Source: Bdellovibrionales bacterium
GTDB lineage: Bacteria > Bdellovibrionota > Bdellovibrionia > Bdellovibrionales > UBA1609
Assembly: GCA_965261545.1 (NCBI GenBank)
Contig: CBDHDF010000007.1
Location: forward strand, 64,001-128,000
Reading direction: 5' to 3'
Length of the DNA stretch: 64,000 nt
Each line of letters opens with the position of its first letter. Within the stretch, counting starts at the first letter, position 1. Below are positions 30,841 through 41,509 of this stretch, in pieces. Both the position numbers and the translations under genes were made by a program. The notes under the pieces were generated by a model. It was not told the origin of the DNA and searched no databases. It worked only from the letters and a program-made list of their open reading frames with translations.

Positions 30841-32860
30841 AATCCTTCTTTTTTCATTTTTCTTTATAACCCATTGTTACCATTTGCCTCGCAAAGTGCC
30901 TCCCGTCATCTCGCCCATCAATATTAAGGAAAAATTGAAAACAGCTAAGAAGCTTCACAATCACGGCCAACAACAGCAAGCCCTTCTTCATTTGCAAGAT
31001 GTTGTGGGCGAATCACCCTTTTCTGACTCGGCAGATGATGCCTATATGCTTATGGGGCAGATATATTACAAAAATGAGAGATATAAAAAATCCTATAAAT
31101 CTTACCTTTCGATTGTTAAATCAAGCACTCAAAGTCCTATTGAAATAAATGCCTACTTGGGAGCCGCCAAAAGCCTTTACCAATTGGGTCGATACGATGA
31201 AAGTTTTTCACTTATCAATCAGGGCCTCAAGCACCCGTCCATTGATGATAAAAACAATAGCAATGCTTTGGTTGAAATGAGAGAACTAAAGGACCGTATC
31301 TTTGATGGACTTGGAGATCAAGTCGATGCCTTGGAAAACCTCATCTATCTCTCCAAGGTGCATCCTCATGCCAAGCAAAGAATGAAATACGAATTAAAAG
31401 CAGTTAAGATCGTAAATTCTCATCTCAATGTGGAAGAACTTTTATTTGTTTCTAAAAAAGAGTTATTTGCATTCATTCACCCCCAAGCCCACTTTCGTTT
31501 GGCCTCTCACTATTATGAAGAAAGAAATTTCTTTAAAGCCCAGTACCATACAAATCATATTTCAAAGAAAAATTGGTATCTCTATGAGAAAGCCCAAAGA
31601 CTTTTCAAGCAGATGGTTTCTCGAAACAAGGTTCATACAAAAACGATTGGAGTCATTCTTCCTCTGACGGGGAAGCACTCTCGATGGGCTCGAAAGTCTC
31701 TTAAGGGCCTTCAGTTAAGCCTTGGCATTTTCAGTGAATTAGGGAACCCGGGAAATTCAGGGGGAGCAGGAAGCCTAGGGAAGCCAGCAAGCCTAGAAAA
31801 GCCAAAAAGCTCAGGAAAGCCAGGGGACGCCTATACACTTGCTGTTGTGGATAGTCGGAATCACCACGATTATGCAAGAAGAGCTGTAGAAAACCTTGTT
31901 GTGGAAAACAATGTTATCGCTATTGTTGGTGGTTTGCTGACAAAAACCGCCACAGCCATTTCAGCCAAGTCTCAAGAGTTAGGTGTGCCCAATATTAGCT
32001 TGTCGCAAAAATCTTATCTCACCCAAGTGGGAGACTATGTTTTTAGAAATGCTTTGACAAGTCAAATATTGGTTCGACATTTGGTCCAGAATGCCATGGT
32101 TCACAGGGGAATGAAAAGGTTTGCCATCCTTTATCCCAATGATCCTTATGGAATCGAATACGCCAATCTATTTTGGAACGAAGTTTCTGCAAGGGGAGGC
32201 ATGATTGTGTCCGCTCAATCCTATCGACCTAAGGAGGCAGACTTTAACAATGTTGTAAAAAGACTTGTTGGAACGTTCTACCTTGAAGATCGCAAAGAAG
32301 AGTACAAAATCAGACTCAAAAAATGGATGAAGCAGCAGAGGTCTCGCCGTGCTCGCCTCACACCTCCCAATGACCTGCTCCCCCCCATCGCGGACTTTGA
32401 CGGAGTTTTTATTCCTGACAGCACACGAGCTGTGGGTCAAATTGCCCCCATGTTGGCCTACCATGATGTGAAGGGGCCCGTACTATTGGGGACCAACCTT
32501 TGGAATCATCCTTCTCTCATCCGACGAGGGCAGAAGTATGTAGAGGGGGCATTGTTTGTGGACGGACTCTCAACTTCTGATGATAATTTTAAAAAATCTG
32601 AGTTTTTTCGTAGATATCAAAAAACTTTTGGTGAAGAGCCCGATGTTTTTGCAGCTCAGGCTTACGATGTGGGGTCTTTGCTTAAAAAAATTATTGATGA
32701 CAGTGAAGTTGTTTCTCGTGTGGGTTTAAAAGAGAATCTCATTCATATTGAGTCCTTTCAAGGAGTTCTAGGTACTATGAATATGAGTGAGCAAAGGGAG
32801 TTTAGAAGACCTATTCTTACCTTTGAGGTAGTAGAAGGAAAGGTTAATAAAAGCTTTTAA
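30827..32860 (+). CDS. LpoA/LppC-like lipoprotein (TPR plus periplasmic-binding domain)
   Basis: Signal MQRGKILLFSFFFITHC, TPR-like helices, IGVILPLTG and FIPD...IAPMLAY; start reassigned from 30614. Confidence 0.8.
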   Translation: MQRGKILLFSFFFITHCYHLPRKVPPVISPINIKEKLKTAKKLHNHGQQQQALLHLQDVVGESPFSDSADDAYMLMGQIYYKNERYKKSYKSYLSIVKSSTQSPIEINAYLGAAKSLYQLGRYDESFSLINQGLKHPSIDDKNNSNALVEMRELKDRIFDGLGDQVDALENLIYLSKVHPHAKQRMKYELKAVKIVNSHLNVEELLFVSKKELFAFIHPQAHFRLASHYYEERNFFKAQYHTNHISKKNWYLYEKAQRLFKQMVSRNKVHTKTIGVILPLTGKHSRWARKSLKGLQLSLGIFSELGNPGNSGGAGSLGKPASLEKPKSSGKPGDAYTLAVVDSRNHHDYARRAVENLVVENNVIAIVGGLLTKTATAISAKSQELGVPNISLSQKSYLTQVGDYVFRNALTSQILVRHLVQNAMVHRGMKRFAILYPNDPYGIEYANLFWNEVSARGGMIVSAQSYRPKEADFNNVVKRLVGTFYLEDRKEEYKIRLKKWMKQQRSRRARLTPPNDLLPPIADFDGVFIPDSTRAVGQIAPMLAYHDVKGPVLLGTNLWNHPSLIRRGQKYVEGALFVDGLSTSDDNFKKSEFFRRYQKTFGEEPDVFAAQAYDVGSLLKKIIDDSEVVSRVGLKENLIHIESFQGVLGTMNMSEQREFRRPILTFEVVEGKVNKSF

Positions 32861-32861
32861 T

Positions 32862-34016
32862 ATGAAAAGCCATATCTATTGGCCCTATATTTGTGTGGCC
32901 TATGTCTCCCTTTTTGCCCTAGGTCTTTTAGACAACGCCCGTGGCCCTTATTTACCTGATATCACTAAAGACTTAGGTTTTACAGACACCCAGGGGGCCC
33001 TTCTTTTTGCCATTCCCTCCTGTTTTTCCTTTATAGGATGTCAGCTGTGCAAAGCCTTAGTCTATCGAATGTCCCCTGTCCATGGAATCTGTTGTGGCTT
33101 GTTTCTTATGGGCTGTGGCTTTATAGCTCTGGCTAATATCCATGACCTGGTGGGGCTAGCTCTGGGGGGTGGAATTTTTGGTCTTGGCTTTGGTCTTGTC
33201 AGCGTGTTTGAGCATGTGGTGGTTCAAACAGGCTCTCCTCTAAGTGTTCGAAGAAGGCTCCTTGCTGGTTTGCACTCCATGTATGCCTTGGCTTCTCTCA
33301 CCTCACCCCTGCTCATCAAGCAATTTTATGTGTTTGGTTGGACTTGGAGGCAAGGTTTTTTCTTCGTGGCCTGTGTTCCCCTTATGGCCAGCTTTTTGCT
33401 CATGTTTCTTAAAACAGATGGATCCATGCCTGAAGATACAAGACCCTCCCATAAAGATCCTTTGAGCTATTTGCTTCATTACATTTATATGGGTTTGATT
33501 TTGGCTTTCTATGTCGGGGGAGAACTCGTAGTGTCCAGCCGCATTATCCTTTATGTGCGACGGTATACAGAGACCACACCAGAGCAGGCCACATATTATT
33601 TAGCAACATTCTTTTTATTGCTGCTTTTGGGGAGAGTTTTCTTTATAATCTTTGACTCAGGGCTCTGGAAGAGTGAAAAAATCTTGATGTGGAGTCTCTC
33701 TCTGAGCTTCTTGTCATTTGCTTGTGGTCTTTGGTGGTCGCCCTGGTGGATGAGTCTCTGTGGGCTCTTTATGGCTCCTTGCTTTGCTACTCTTATGGAG
33801 TATATATTTGAAATTTTTCAAGATAGAATTCCCCAAGCCATGACCTATGTCATGGGAATTGGTTCTCTTCTCGTGTTTCCCATGCACTATATGGTGGGTG
33901 TTGCCACTGACTTGGTGGGTTTGCGGTGGGCCATGACCATAGGTCCAATTTTTCTGATCTTGTCTATATTGATGTTAAAATTGAGAAGGCATATTTTTAA
34001 GGAGGCTCTCACATGA
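32862..34016 (+). CDS. MFS transporter
   Basis: About 12 hydrophobic segments; GPYLP and LHSMYA motifs. Confidence 0.85.
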   Translation: MKSHIYWPYICVAYVSLFALGLLDNARGPYLPDITKDLGFTDTQGALLFAIPSCFSFIGCQLCKALVYRMSPVHGICCGLFLMGCGFIALANIHDLVGLALGGGIFGLGFGLVSVFEHVVVQTGSPLSVRRRLLAGLHSMYALASLTSPLLIKQFYVFGWTWRQGFFFVACVPLMASFLLMFLKTDGSMPEDTRPSHKDPLSYLLHYIYMGLILAFYVGGELVVSSRIILYVRRYTETTPEQATYYLATFFLLLLLGRVFFIIFDSGLWKSEKILMWSLSLSFLSFACGLWWSPWWMSLCGLFMAPCFATLMEYIFEIFQDRIPQAMTYVMGIGSLLVFPMHYMVGVATDLVGLRWAMTIGPIFLILSILMLKLRRHIFKEALT

Positions 34017-34822
34017 ATCAAAATTATATCCATGGATATGATATCTCTGAGCAGAAAAGGTTACTTGAGCAAGCCCGTCAACTGGAAGAATATATTTATA
34101 CCGATATTGATATGAAAGATATTCATACACTGCTTGAAGTTGGTTGCGGTGTTGGAGCTCAAACAGAAATTCTTTTAAAGAGATTCCCTCATATTCAGTT
34201 GACTTCCATTGATATTTCGGAAAAACAACTGGAGACGGCGCAATCTCGCCTGAAGCCCTATATTGACCAAGGGAGGGTTCAATTCATTCAACTCAATGCT
34301 GTAGAGCTTCACAAGCTCGGGGAGTCAAAATTTGATGGTGCATTTATCTGTTGGTTTTTGGAGCATATTTCAGACCCCTGCGCTGCTCTTCTGAATCTGA
34401 GAAAAGTATTGAAGGAAGAAGCACCTCTTTGGATAACAGAAGTTAACAATGCCTCTTTTTTTATGGACCCTTACAGCCCTCACATTTTAAGATACTGGTT
34501 TGAAATGAATGATTATCTGTGGTCTACTAAGGGCCACCCTTTTATTGGTCTTCAGTTGGGAAATTATCTTTTAGAAAGTGGCTATCATAATATTAAAACA
34601 GATTTGAGAAATTTTTATTTTGATTCGCGAGCCCCCGAAGATCGCAATGAGTTTATGAAGGCTTTCTTAAAACTTCTCAAGAGTGCAAGCCATAAACTTA
34701 TTCAAGATGGACGGGTTTCCAAAGAACTTGTAGAAAAGATGGACTTGGATCTTGACCAAGTTTTTAAGGCCAAGCACAGTGTGATTAAATATGGATGGGT
34801 TCGTGCTCAAGCCCTCGCTTAG
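34013..34822 (+). CDS. Class I SAM-dependent methyltransferase
   Basis: YIHGY..EQKRL and LEVGCGVG motifs. Confidence 0.9.
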   Translation: MNQNYIHGYDISEQKRLLEQARQLEEYIYTDIDMKDIHTLLEVGCGVGAQTEILLKRFPHIQLTSIDISEKQLETAQSRLKPYIDQGRVQFIQLNAVELHKLGESKFDGAFICWFLEHISDPCAALLNLRKVLKEEAPLWITEVNNASFFMDPYSPHILRYWFEMNDYLWSTKGHPFIGLQLGNYLLESGYHNIKTDLRNFYFDSRAPEDRNEFMKAFLKLLKSASHKLIQDGRVSKELVEKMDLDLDQVFKAKHSVIKYGWVRAQALA

Positions 34823-34863
34823 TTCCCTTAAAAAAACCCTTTTAGTTTTTTTGATCTAAAGAC

Positions 34864-35709
34864 CTACGGATAGTCATCCTCATTGGAGGATGGGGAGTTA
34901 CCATCGGTCACCCCACGGACCTCATCCATCAAACCACGATCTTCTTCCTCTAAGGAAGCACTTGGAGTCCCACCAACTTCTATTTCTAGTTCCTGAGTGG
35001 CGGCAAGAAAGCTTTTTCTGGTGGACAAGTCACTTTTGAGCACTTCTATGAATTTATTTGAAAAAGGCGATATAAGTTCCCTGATATATTGCTCAAGCTT
35101 TCCTTCTGAAAGAATTGTTTTACGAACCTGAATTTGTTTCCAAAACAAGAGGTAGTGATAACGACAAAAAGATTCCACAGACATAACCTGGTCACAGTCG
35201 GAGACACTACAATACCGACGCCCCTCTGCATCTGTGAGAATGACCTCTGAATGAGCTTCCGTCGGCTCTTCTGTTGTTGTGTTAGGGTGTTCGAGACCAG
35301 GCTCCAAGGGATTTTCCTTTGGCGCATGGGTTTTAGTGGGTTGAGGTTGGGGCGCTGTCTTCTTCGTAGCTGGCTTTGTGGCCTTCCCTGCGGTGGCTTT
35401 CTTCGCAGCTGGCTTTGTAGCCTCCCCTGTGGTGGTTTTCTTCGCAGCTGGCTTTGTGGCCTTCCCTGTGGTGGCTTTCTTCGCAGCTGGCTTTGTGGCC
35501 TCCCCTGTGGTGGCTTTCTTCGCAACTGGCTTTGTGGCCTCCCCTGTGGTGGCTTTCTTCGCAACTGGCTTTGTGGCCTCCCCTGTGGTGGCTTTCTTCG
35601 CAGCTGGCTTTGTGGCCTCCCCTGTAGAGACTTTTACCCCAGGGAACTTCTTCCTAGAAAGTTGTTTGGAGGCATTTTTCCTTGTTGTCACTTTCTTTTT
35701 ATCTGCCAT
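34864..35709 (-). CDS. Protein with Lys/Ala-rich histone-H1-like repeats and a Cys/His domain
   Basis: (KKATTGEATKPAA)n; C..C..C..H in RYCSVSDCDQ...FCRYHY; acidic tail. Confidence 0.75.
   Translation of the reverse strand: MADKKKVTTRKNASKQLSRKKFPGVKVSTGEATKPAAKKATTGEATKPVAKKATTGEATKPVAKKATTGEATKPAAKKATTGKATKPAAKKTTTGEATKPAAKKATAGKATKPATKKTAPQPQPTKTHAPKENPLEPGLEHPNTTTEEPTEAHSEVILTDAEGRRYCSVSDCDQVMSVESFCRYHYLLFWKQIQVRKTILSEGKLEQYIRELISPFSNKFIEVLKSDLSTRKSFLAATQELEIEVGGTPSASLEEEDRGLMDEVRGVTDGNSPSSNEDDYP
35360..35625. repeat. 39-bp coding tandem repeat, about 7 units
   Basis: Units TTCTTCGCAGCTGGCTTTGTGGCCTCCCCTGTGGTGGCT, contiguous. Confidence 0.92.
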
Positions 35710-36032
35710 AGCTCATTAAAATCAGCTATTTCCAAAGAGAGGTCAAGTAGTGGTTGTAAAATTTTAAGTTGAGTGACTTGTCATGTGGTTATTTTTCAAA
35801 AAATAGACCTAAGTATTCGAATTTACTATGAAACAAATCAAACATAGGTCTTGAAAAGCATGACACATTAATACAAATTCTTTACGGACCGTCATTATTA
35901 ATGATATCATATCTATCGTTGTCAGTAAGTTTAGGAATTTAAGCCTACACTACTTTATATTTTATATTGAAAAACCCAATACGACGGGGTTTCTTAGCAC
36001 TATCTGACATGGGCGACTTTCCTTTGAGAATA

Positions 36033-37235
36033 TCACTTTGATCCGGTTTTCGACTGAGTTTGTTCCTGCTGATATCGTTGGCGCCAGGATTTCCCCTTGC
36101 GATTTTTAGAATTGAGTTGCCATGTTTGAACGGCGCGGTTGTGTTCTTCAAGAGTTTTTGAAAACACATGGGTTCCATCATTACGGCTGACAAAGAAGAG
36201 GTGATTTGTGGAGGCAGGGTTAACAGCGGCCTCCAAGGATTTCTGGCCCGGATTGGCAATGGGTCCATAGGGAAGAGCTGCCACTGTGTAGGTATTGTAT
36301 CGGGTGGGGTTTAAAATATCTTGCTTGCGAATATTGCGAGGCATGATTCCCCCATTGAGTTCAAGCATTCCATAGAGTATGGTGGGATCACTTTGGAGTT
36401 TCATTTTTTTCTTAAACCTGTTGTGAAAAACAGAGGCAATCATGGGCCTTTCCCTTGGATCCCCCGTTTCTTTCTCAATGATACTTGCTAGCGTAACGTG
36501 GTCGTGCATAGCCATGGGAATTTGAGCAGAGGATTTGACGAGATTGTAAACCGCCTTAAAGCGTTTGACCATGGTTTTAATAAGAGTCGAAGCATCTGTG
36601 GATTTTGTGACAAAATAAGTTTCTGGGAACAGGTAGCCCTCCAGTGAGGCGAGAGTTTGAGCTTGGGTTTGAGTTTGAGTTTGATCCTGGGTCTGACTTT
36701 GATCCTGGATTTGATTTGAAGTCTGGCTTTGGGCTTGATTGTGACTTTGACCTCGATTTTGAGTTTGGTTTTGGCCTTGACCACCTAGAAGCTCTTGAAT
36801 GAACGCCTTATCTCGGCAAAGCTTTAAAAACTCATTTTTAGAACCAAGCCCCTGCCTTTCAAAAAGTTCGGCGATTTCATACATATTAATGCCCTCTTGA
36901 AAGGTGATGGGATACTCAATGCTTTTCCCAGCGGCAAGAATTTTTAAAATTTCAATGGGAGACATTCTCGTATGAAGCTCATATTCACCGGCCTTAACTT
37001 GTGTGGAGATGCTGGAAAGACGAGTGACAATCTTAAATTTAATGATGCTCGTAAGAAGTTTCTTTTTGTAAAGCCTCATGGACACTTCATTGAAACTCTC
37101 ACCGGGAGAGACCTGAAAAACCACTTTATTCTGTGTCTTCAAAGCCGGAGAGGTGATAAATCGAGCCAAAGTCCAGGCCCCTGCAATCGACAACACAAAA
37201 ATAGCGAGTATAGAAAGCAAGACATATTTTCGCAT
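36033..37235 (-). CDS. mltG: Endolytic transglycosylase MltG
   Basis: LEGYLFPETY, LASIIEKET, LQSDPT and YNTY..LPYGPIANPG motifs; GGAGG RBS before ATG 37235. Confidence 0.93.
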   Translation of the reverse strand: MRKYVLLSILAIFVLSIAGAWTLARFITSPALKTQNKVVFQVSPGESFNEVSMRLYKKKLLTSIIKFKIVTRLSSISTQVKAGEYELHTRMSPIEILKILAAGKSIEYPITFQEGINMYEIAELFERQGLGSKNEFLKLCRDKAFIQELLGGQGQNQTQNRGQSHNQAQSQTSNQIQDQSQTQDQTQTQTQAQTLASLEGYLFPETYFVTKSTDASTLIKTMVKRFKAVYNLVKSSAQIPMAMHDHVTLASIIEKETGDPRERPMIASVFHNRFKKKMKLQSDPTILYGMLELNGGIMPRNIRKQDILNPTRYNTYTVAALPYGPIANPGQKSLEAAVNPASTNHLFFVSRNDGTHVFSKTLEEHNRAVQTWQLNSKNRKGKSWRQRYQQEQTQSKTGSK

Positions 37236-37287
37236 AAAACCTCCTAAACGGGCCCCCATAAATCACCCATGAGGCCGCCCGACTTAG

Positions 37288-38871
37288 TTAATCACCCATG
37301 GGACTGTAATCAATACCTGGCATTTGCTGCTGCCCGGGTGCAAAAGGGTTTGTATCTTCAAGGCTTGCAACAGGGCTTGTGCAATACTGAACGGCGTAGT
37401 GAGCGGAAGGGCGATCATTTCCAGATTTGCCTAGACCCCCGAAGGGAAGCCTTGAACTCGCTCCATTTGTGGTTCGGTTCCAGTTTAAAATACCCACCTT
37501 GGCTCCGGCAAGGACTTGTTCAAAAATACTTCGATCCTTGGAAAACACAGACATGGCCAAGCCAAACCCCGACGAATTGTTGATCTCCACAGCCTCTTCA
37601 ATATCTTCAATTTCATAAATTCCCACATTGGGGCCAAATATCTCACTCTTTTGATAAACTGAATCTGGATTGTGCTTTTTAACGAGAGCGATGCTAGGGG
37701 TGACATAATGACCCTGGGGAGTGAGTTCCAAGACCTTGCCTCTCATGAGCAATTCACAGTCTTCACGCTGGGCAATTTCTTGAAACCGAAGGTATTTTTC
37801 CATGGCGTATTCGCTAATGATGGGCCCCATAAAGTTTTTCTCAGACCAATGGCCCACTTTGATTTTTTTAGCTGTTTCGTGGAATTTGTCCACAAAGGCA
37901 TCTTTGATATCTTTGTGGAGTATGATCTTGCTTGTGCAAGAACACCTTTGCCCCGTGCTGAGGTAAGCCCCTAAAATATTTTCGTAAACAGCCTTGTTCA
38001 AGTCAGCATCTCTCCAAACCACGGAGCAGTTCTTACCTCCCATTTCTAGGGCCAAGATTTTCCAGTGATGCTGAAGAGTTTCTTGTTGGATCTTCAAACC
38101 CACATCGTAGGAGCCCGTAAACAAAACACCATCCACTTTTTCGTGGCCCACGAGGCGACGCCCTGTTTCCGCTTGGCCTTGGACGAGGTTGAAAACTCCA
38201 GGGGGAAACTCTGCTTTTTTAAACATCTCAGCGATGAGTTGGCCCACAGCGGGGGTTTTATCCGAGGGCTTAAAAACAATGGTGTTTCCCGTAGCGAGAG
38301 CGGGAACAAAGTGGCCATTGGGGAGGTGGCCAGGAAAATTAAAAGGCCCTATGACAGCCATCACTCCTCGTGGCCGGTGTCTAATAAATCCGTCCACATG
38401 GGGCAAGGCATTTTCAACCCTCTCCTCACCAACAAGATTCATGGAATGGTTAAGGGTAATATCAATCTTACCCACCATGGCCTTAGCTTCAGACAAAGAC
38501 TCCCACAGGGGTTTTCCCGTTTCCCTGGAAATAACTTCGGCCAGCTGCTCTTTGTGGTCTTCATAAACCTTCTTCAGGCGCAAGAGATATGAGTTTCTGT
38601 CTGTGTCTTTGGATTGCCATGGCTTGTAGGCTTTGGAGGCCGCTTCACAGGCCGTGTCGATATGCTCATAGGCGCATTTCACGTCAATAACCCTATCTTT
38701 GAAATCAGCAGGACTGTGTATATGCCACTCACCGTTGGGCTGCGACGGCTTTATAAAGGCACCTTGGATAAAGTCACCTTGGTATAATATGGGTGACATC
38801 GTTTTTGGTATCGTTTCTGACATCGTTTCTGGTATTATTTGTGACATGGGTTGTGGCACGGTTTTTGGCAT
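37288..38871 (-). CDS. astD: Succinylglutamate-semialdehyde dehydrogenase
   Basis: GPFNFPGHLPNGH and LALEMGGKN motifs; adjacent to astA. Confidence 0.85.
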   Translation of the reverse strand: MPKTVPQPMSQIIPETMSETIPKTMSPILYQGDFIQGAFIKPSQPNGEWHIHSPADFKDRVIDVKCAYEHIDTACEAASKAYKPWQSKDTDRNSYLLRLKKVYEDHKEQLAEVISRETGKPLWESLSEAKAMVGKIDITLNHSMNLVGEERVENALPHVDGFIRHRPRGVMAVIGPFNFPGHLPNGHFVPALATGNTIVFKPSDKTPAVGQLIAEMFKKAEFPPGVFNLVQGQAETGRRLVGHEKVDGVLFTGSYDVGLKIQQETLQHHWKILALEMGGKNCSVVWRDADLNKAVYENILGAYLSTGQRCSCTSKIILHKDIKDAFVDKFHETAKKIKVGHWSEKNFMGPIISEYAMEKYLRFQEIAQREDCELLMRGKVLELTPQGHYVTPSIALVKKHNPDSVYQKSEIFGPNVGIYEIEDIEEAVEINNSSGFGLAMSVFSKDRSIFEQVLAGAKVGILNWNRTTNGASSRLPFGGLGKSGNDRPSAHYAVQYCTSPVASLEDTNPFAPGQQQMPGIDYSPMGD

Positions 38872-38874
38872 AAA

Positions 38875-39900
38875 TCACTCCGCTGTAACATACAGCTTGT
38901 CTGAAGCCGTGAGATCATATGTGCTGCATACTTCCTCGGGGAGACGTAACTCTTCATTGTCAACTTCGTAGGGAGAATAACCCCCATAGAACTCCCCGGA
39001 TCTGACAAAGCCAAAATACCCCTTTTGGGTCAAGACGTGACTTCTCTCCATGGAGATGGGTTTAATTTTGTTATAAAAGGAGCCATTTTGTATCATAGGT
39101 ATTTCGTCACATAAAGCTGCGATATGGGGGCCCCCATCAAAGGGGTCTACCTCATTGTTATAACTAAATCCAAGTCTTTTCAACAACCGATAAGCAGGCT
39201 GGGTTTCAAAACCAACCTTACCTATAACCAATCGAGCTTTGGAGTTCAAGAGGCACACATAAATATCTTCTGAAGGAAACAAACTACTGATAAACTTCTT
39301 ATCTTGGAGGCTGAGCTGATTGGCCTCTTGATAGGACATCCCTGTAAATTTGCGACCCAGTGACTCCCAAAAGTCGCTTCGCTTGTTGTCAACAAGGGGT
39401 GGAGCCATTTCTGCATAAAGTTCTCTTTTAAATTTTTTTCTGAACATTCCAATATACACGAGTCGCATCAAACTGAGGATTTTTCCCACCTTCTCTGGGC
39501 GTCCTCTGTAATTGGGAGTGAGAATCAGCCCTCCCAGCTCTGTGGGTCCATCTGTGGTCGCTTTCATTCTCAATATTCGATGAACAAAGCCCACACCTAA
39601 CTCTTGGCTAAACCGCTCTGTGGTGAGCACCTCAAAACTATAGGAGGGGTTCTCTGTTGTGCCATGTTTTCCGATGATTTGAGAGCAACCCACTGTCATC
39701 TGGTGCTTTGTATCTTCCACCACAAAGATGTATTTGCCCTTGTCATCTTCCACTTCTCCACGAAAGGAGTCTTGACTCCATTGAATCATTTTTGCAATGC
39801 GTTTTTTATCAGGAGGTAAATTAAGGAGGTCAAACGTATGGGCAAGATTGTAGATATCATCAAGGTCTTCGGGGCGAGCCCCTCGTGCTATAAATCTCAT
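38875..39900 (-). CDS. astA: Arginine N-succinyltransferase
   Basis: TELGGLIL, FWESLGRKF and VDPFDGGP motifs. Confidence 0.88.
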   Translation of the reverse strand: MRFIARGARPEDLDDIYNLAHTFDLLNLPPDKKRIAKMIQWSQDSFRGEVEDDKGKYIFVVEDTKHQMTVGCSQIIGKHGTTENPSYSFEVLTTERFSQELGVGFVHRILRMKATTDGPTELGGLILTPNYRGRPEKVGKILSLMRLVYIGMFRKKFKRELYAEMAPPLVDNKRSDFWESLGRKFTGMSYQEANQLSLQDKKFISSLFPSEDIYVCLLNSKARLVIGKVGFETQPAYRLLKRLGFSYNNEVDPFDGGPHIAALCDEIPMIQNGSFYNKIKPISMERSHVLTQKGYFGFVRSGEFYGGYSPYEVDNEELRLPEEVCSTYDLTASDKLYVTAE

Positions 39901-39924
39901 AGATTCACTCTCATAGATTCGTTC

Positions 39925-41313
39925 TCATAAATTCACTTCCAAAACCGACTTCTCAAGAATTTCTTTTGCCACCTGAATATCATCTTTAGTAAGAATCCCA
40001 GGCAGCAGAAACCTCAAGCGATGGGGGCCTCTTCCACAGCCAAAAGTCATGAGGCCATTTTTGTAAAGAGTCTTCACGAGTTTAAGTGTCTTTTCCTTGG
40101 AACCATCCAAAGGTGTGACAGCCACCATAAGGCCCAGCCCCCCGGCCTCTTGAAGTAAGCCTTTACATGTTGATGCATTCAGTTCATTTAACATCCCAAC
40201 AAAATCCCTATGGATTTGATGAATTTTTCCTTTCTCACCCATAAAAGATTGCTTATCTAGAGTATTTAATATCTCATAGCCTGCCACCAATGCAACACTA
40301 GACCCCGCAAAGGTCCCTGCAATAAGACCCGGCCGAGGGTTGAGTTCTTTGGTAAACAAAGTGGCAGCATTTTGCATGGCTTTGGCGACAGTGCAAACAT
40401 CCACATATTCGCCAATACCTAGGGTTTCATAGGCAAAAAATTCACCCGTTCGACAAAAGGTTTGGACTTCATCGACCCAAATAGGAATTTCTCTTTCGCG
40501 ACATAATTCGAGCATGGGTAAAAAGAACTCCCTAGGGGCGACGTTGTAGCCACCTTCACCCTGCATGGGTTCAAATGTAAAGGCACAAATATCCTTTCCG
40601 TGCTCATCTAAGTATTTTTTAAGTTGATTTAAACTTTTTTCAGAGCTGCGAGGATCGCTCTTTTTATAAAAGGGAATTCTGAGAACTTCATTGTAATCGG
40701 GTTGCCTGACCTTAAAGTTAGGGTTATCTGTCACCTCGGCCATCATGACGGTACGACCGGCAAAAGTCGCTTCCATGGCTATGATTTTTCTTGCTGGAAA
40801 TCGTTTTTGGCGGCAGATTTTAAGGGCATTTTCATTGGCCATAGAGCCTGATGTGGTGACCCATGCATGCTCCAAGCGACTGTTTCGACTTGCCAGCTCC
40901 ACAAGCTTTGCATTGAGTTGGGCGTACTCCTTATTGGGCTGTAAGTTTCCCTGGATGATGACATCGGACAAAGCTCCTTGAAGGGCGGCTTTCACGACTC
41001 GGGGGTGGCTATGGCCCAAAACATGAACCCCAATTCCATTGATGAGGTCAAGTTTGACACTCCCATCTTCAAGTTCCACATAGGCTCCTCGACCCAACCC
41101 CGTTCCCACATAGGAAAAAAATAGAGGTCGCCCACGGTGTTTTCCAATGTCATCCACGAGGGAAGAAAAAGTTTTGCCATGGGCGGAGGGCTCCGAGGGC
41201 TCTGCCGGAGCCTTGATGTTTGAAGAAAGTACATCCACCTTTTCCACCAATTCTTGAATAAGTTGAGAAACCTTTGGGTCCTCTAGCAATTGGTGCCCCC
41301 ATAACTTTGACAT
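39925..41313 (-). CDS. Class III PLP aminotransferase (AstC/ArgD-like)
   Basis: SGSMANENA, EPMQGEGG and VDEVQT motifs; upstream of astA-astD. Confidence 0.85.
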   Translation of the reverse strand: MSKLWGHQLLEDPKVSQLIQELVEKVDVLSSNIKAPAEPSEPSAHGKTFSSLVDDIGKHRGRPLFFSYVGTGLGRGAYVELEDGSVKLDLINGIGVHVLGHSHPRVVKAALQGALSDVIIQGNLQPNKEYAQLNAKLVELASRNSRLEHAWVTTSGSMANENALKICRQKRFPARKIIAMEATFAGRTVMMAEVTDNPNFKVRQPDYNEVLRIPFYKKSDPRSSEKSLNQLKKYLDEHGKDICAFTFEPMQGEGGYNVAPREFFLPMLELCREREIPIWVDEVQTFCRTGEFFAYETLGIGEYVDVCTVAKAMQNAATLFTKELNPRPGLIAGTFAGSSVALVAGYEILNTLDKQSFMGEKGKIHQIHRDFVGMLNELNASTCKGLLQEAGGLGLMVAVTPLDGSKEKTLKLVKTLYKNGLMTFGCGRGPHRLRFLLPGILTKDDIQVAKEILEKSVLEVNL

Positions 41314-41509
41314 ATATAGCTCCTTTATAGCTCACCTAAGCTTATCTCTAAACTCATCTGACTTATGCCTAAACTTATTAAACTTAATTGTGTCTCTATA
41401 CTTGTGTCTCATTGTATGGAAGAAACCTCTCTAAAGTCCATACTCAATCATAGTTCGGTGCGCTATGGTCATAAAGAGGGAGACATGAAACAAAAGTTTT
41501 TCTATAATT

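Noticed and set aside
35360..35625. Possible CRISPR array
   Set aside because: Units are contiguous 39-mers without unique spacers, in frame within a CDS; no cas genes in the window.
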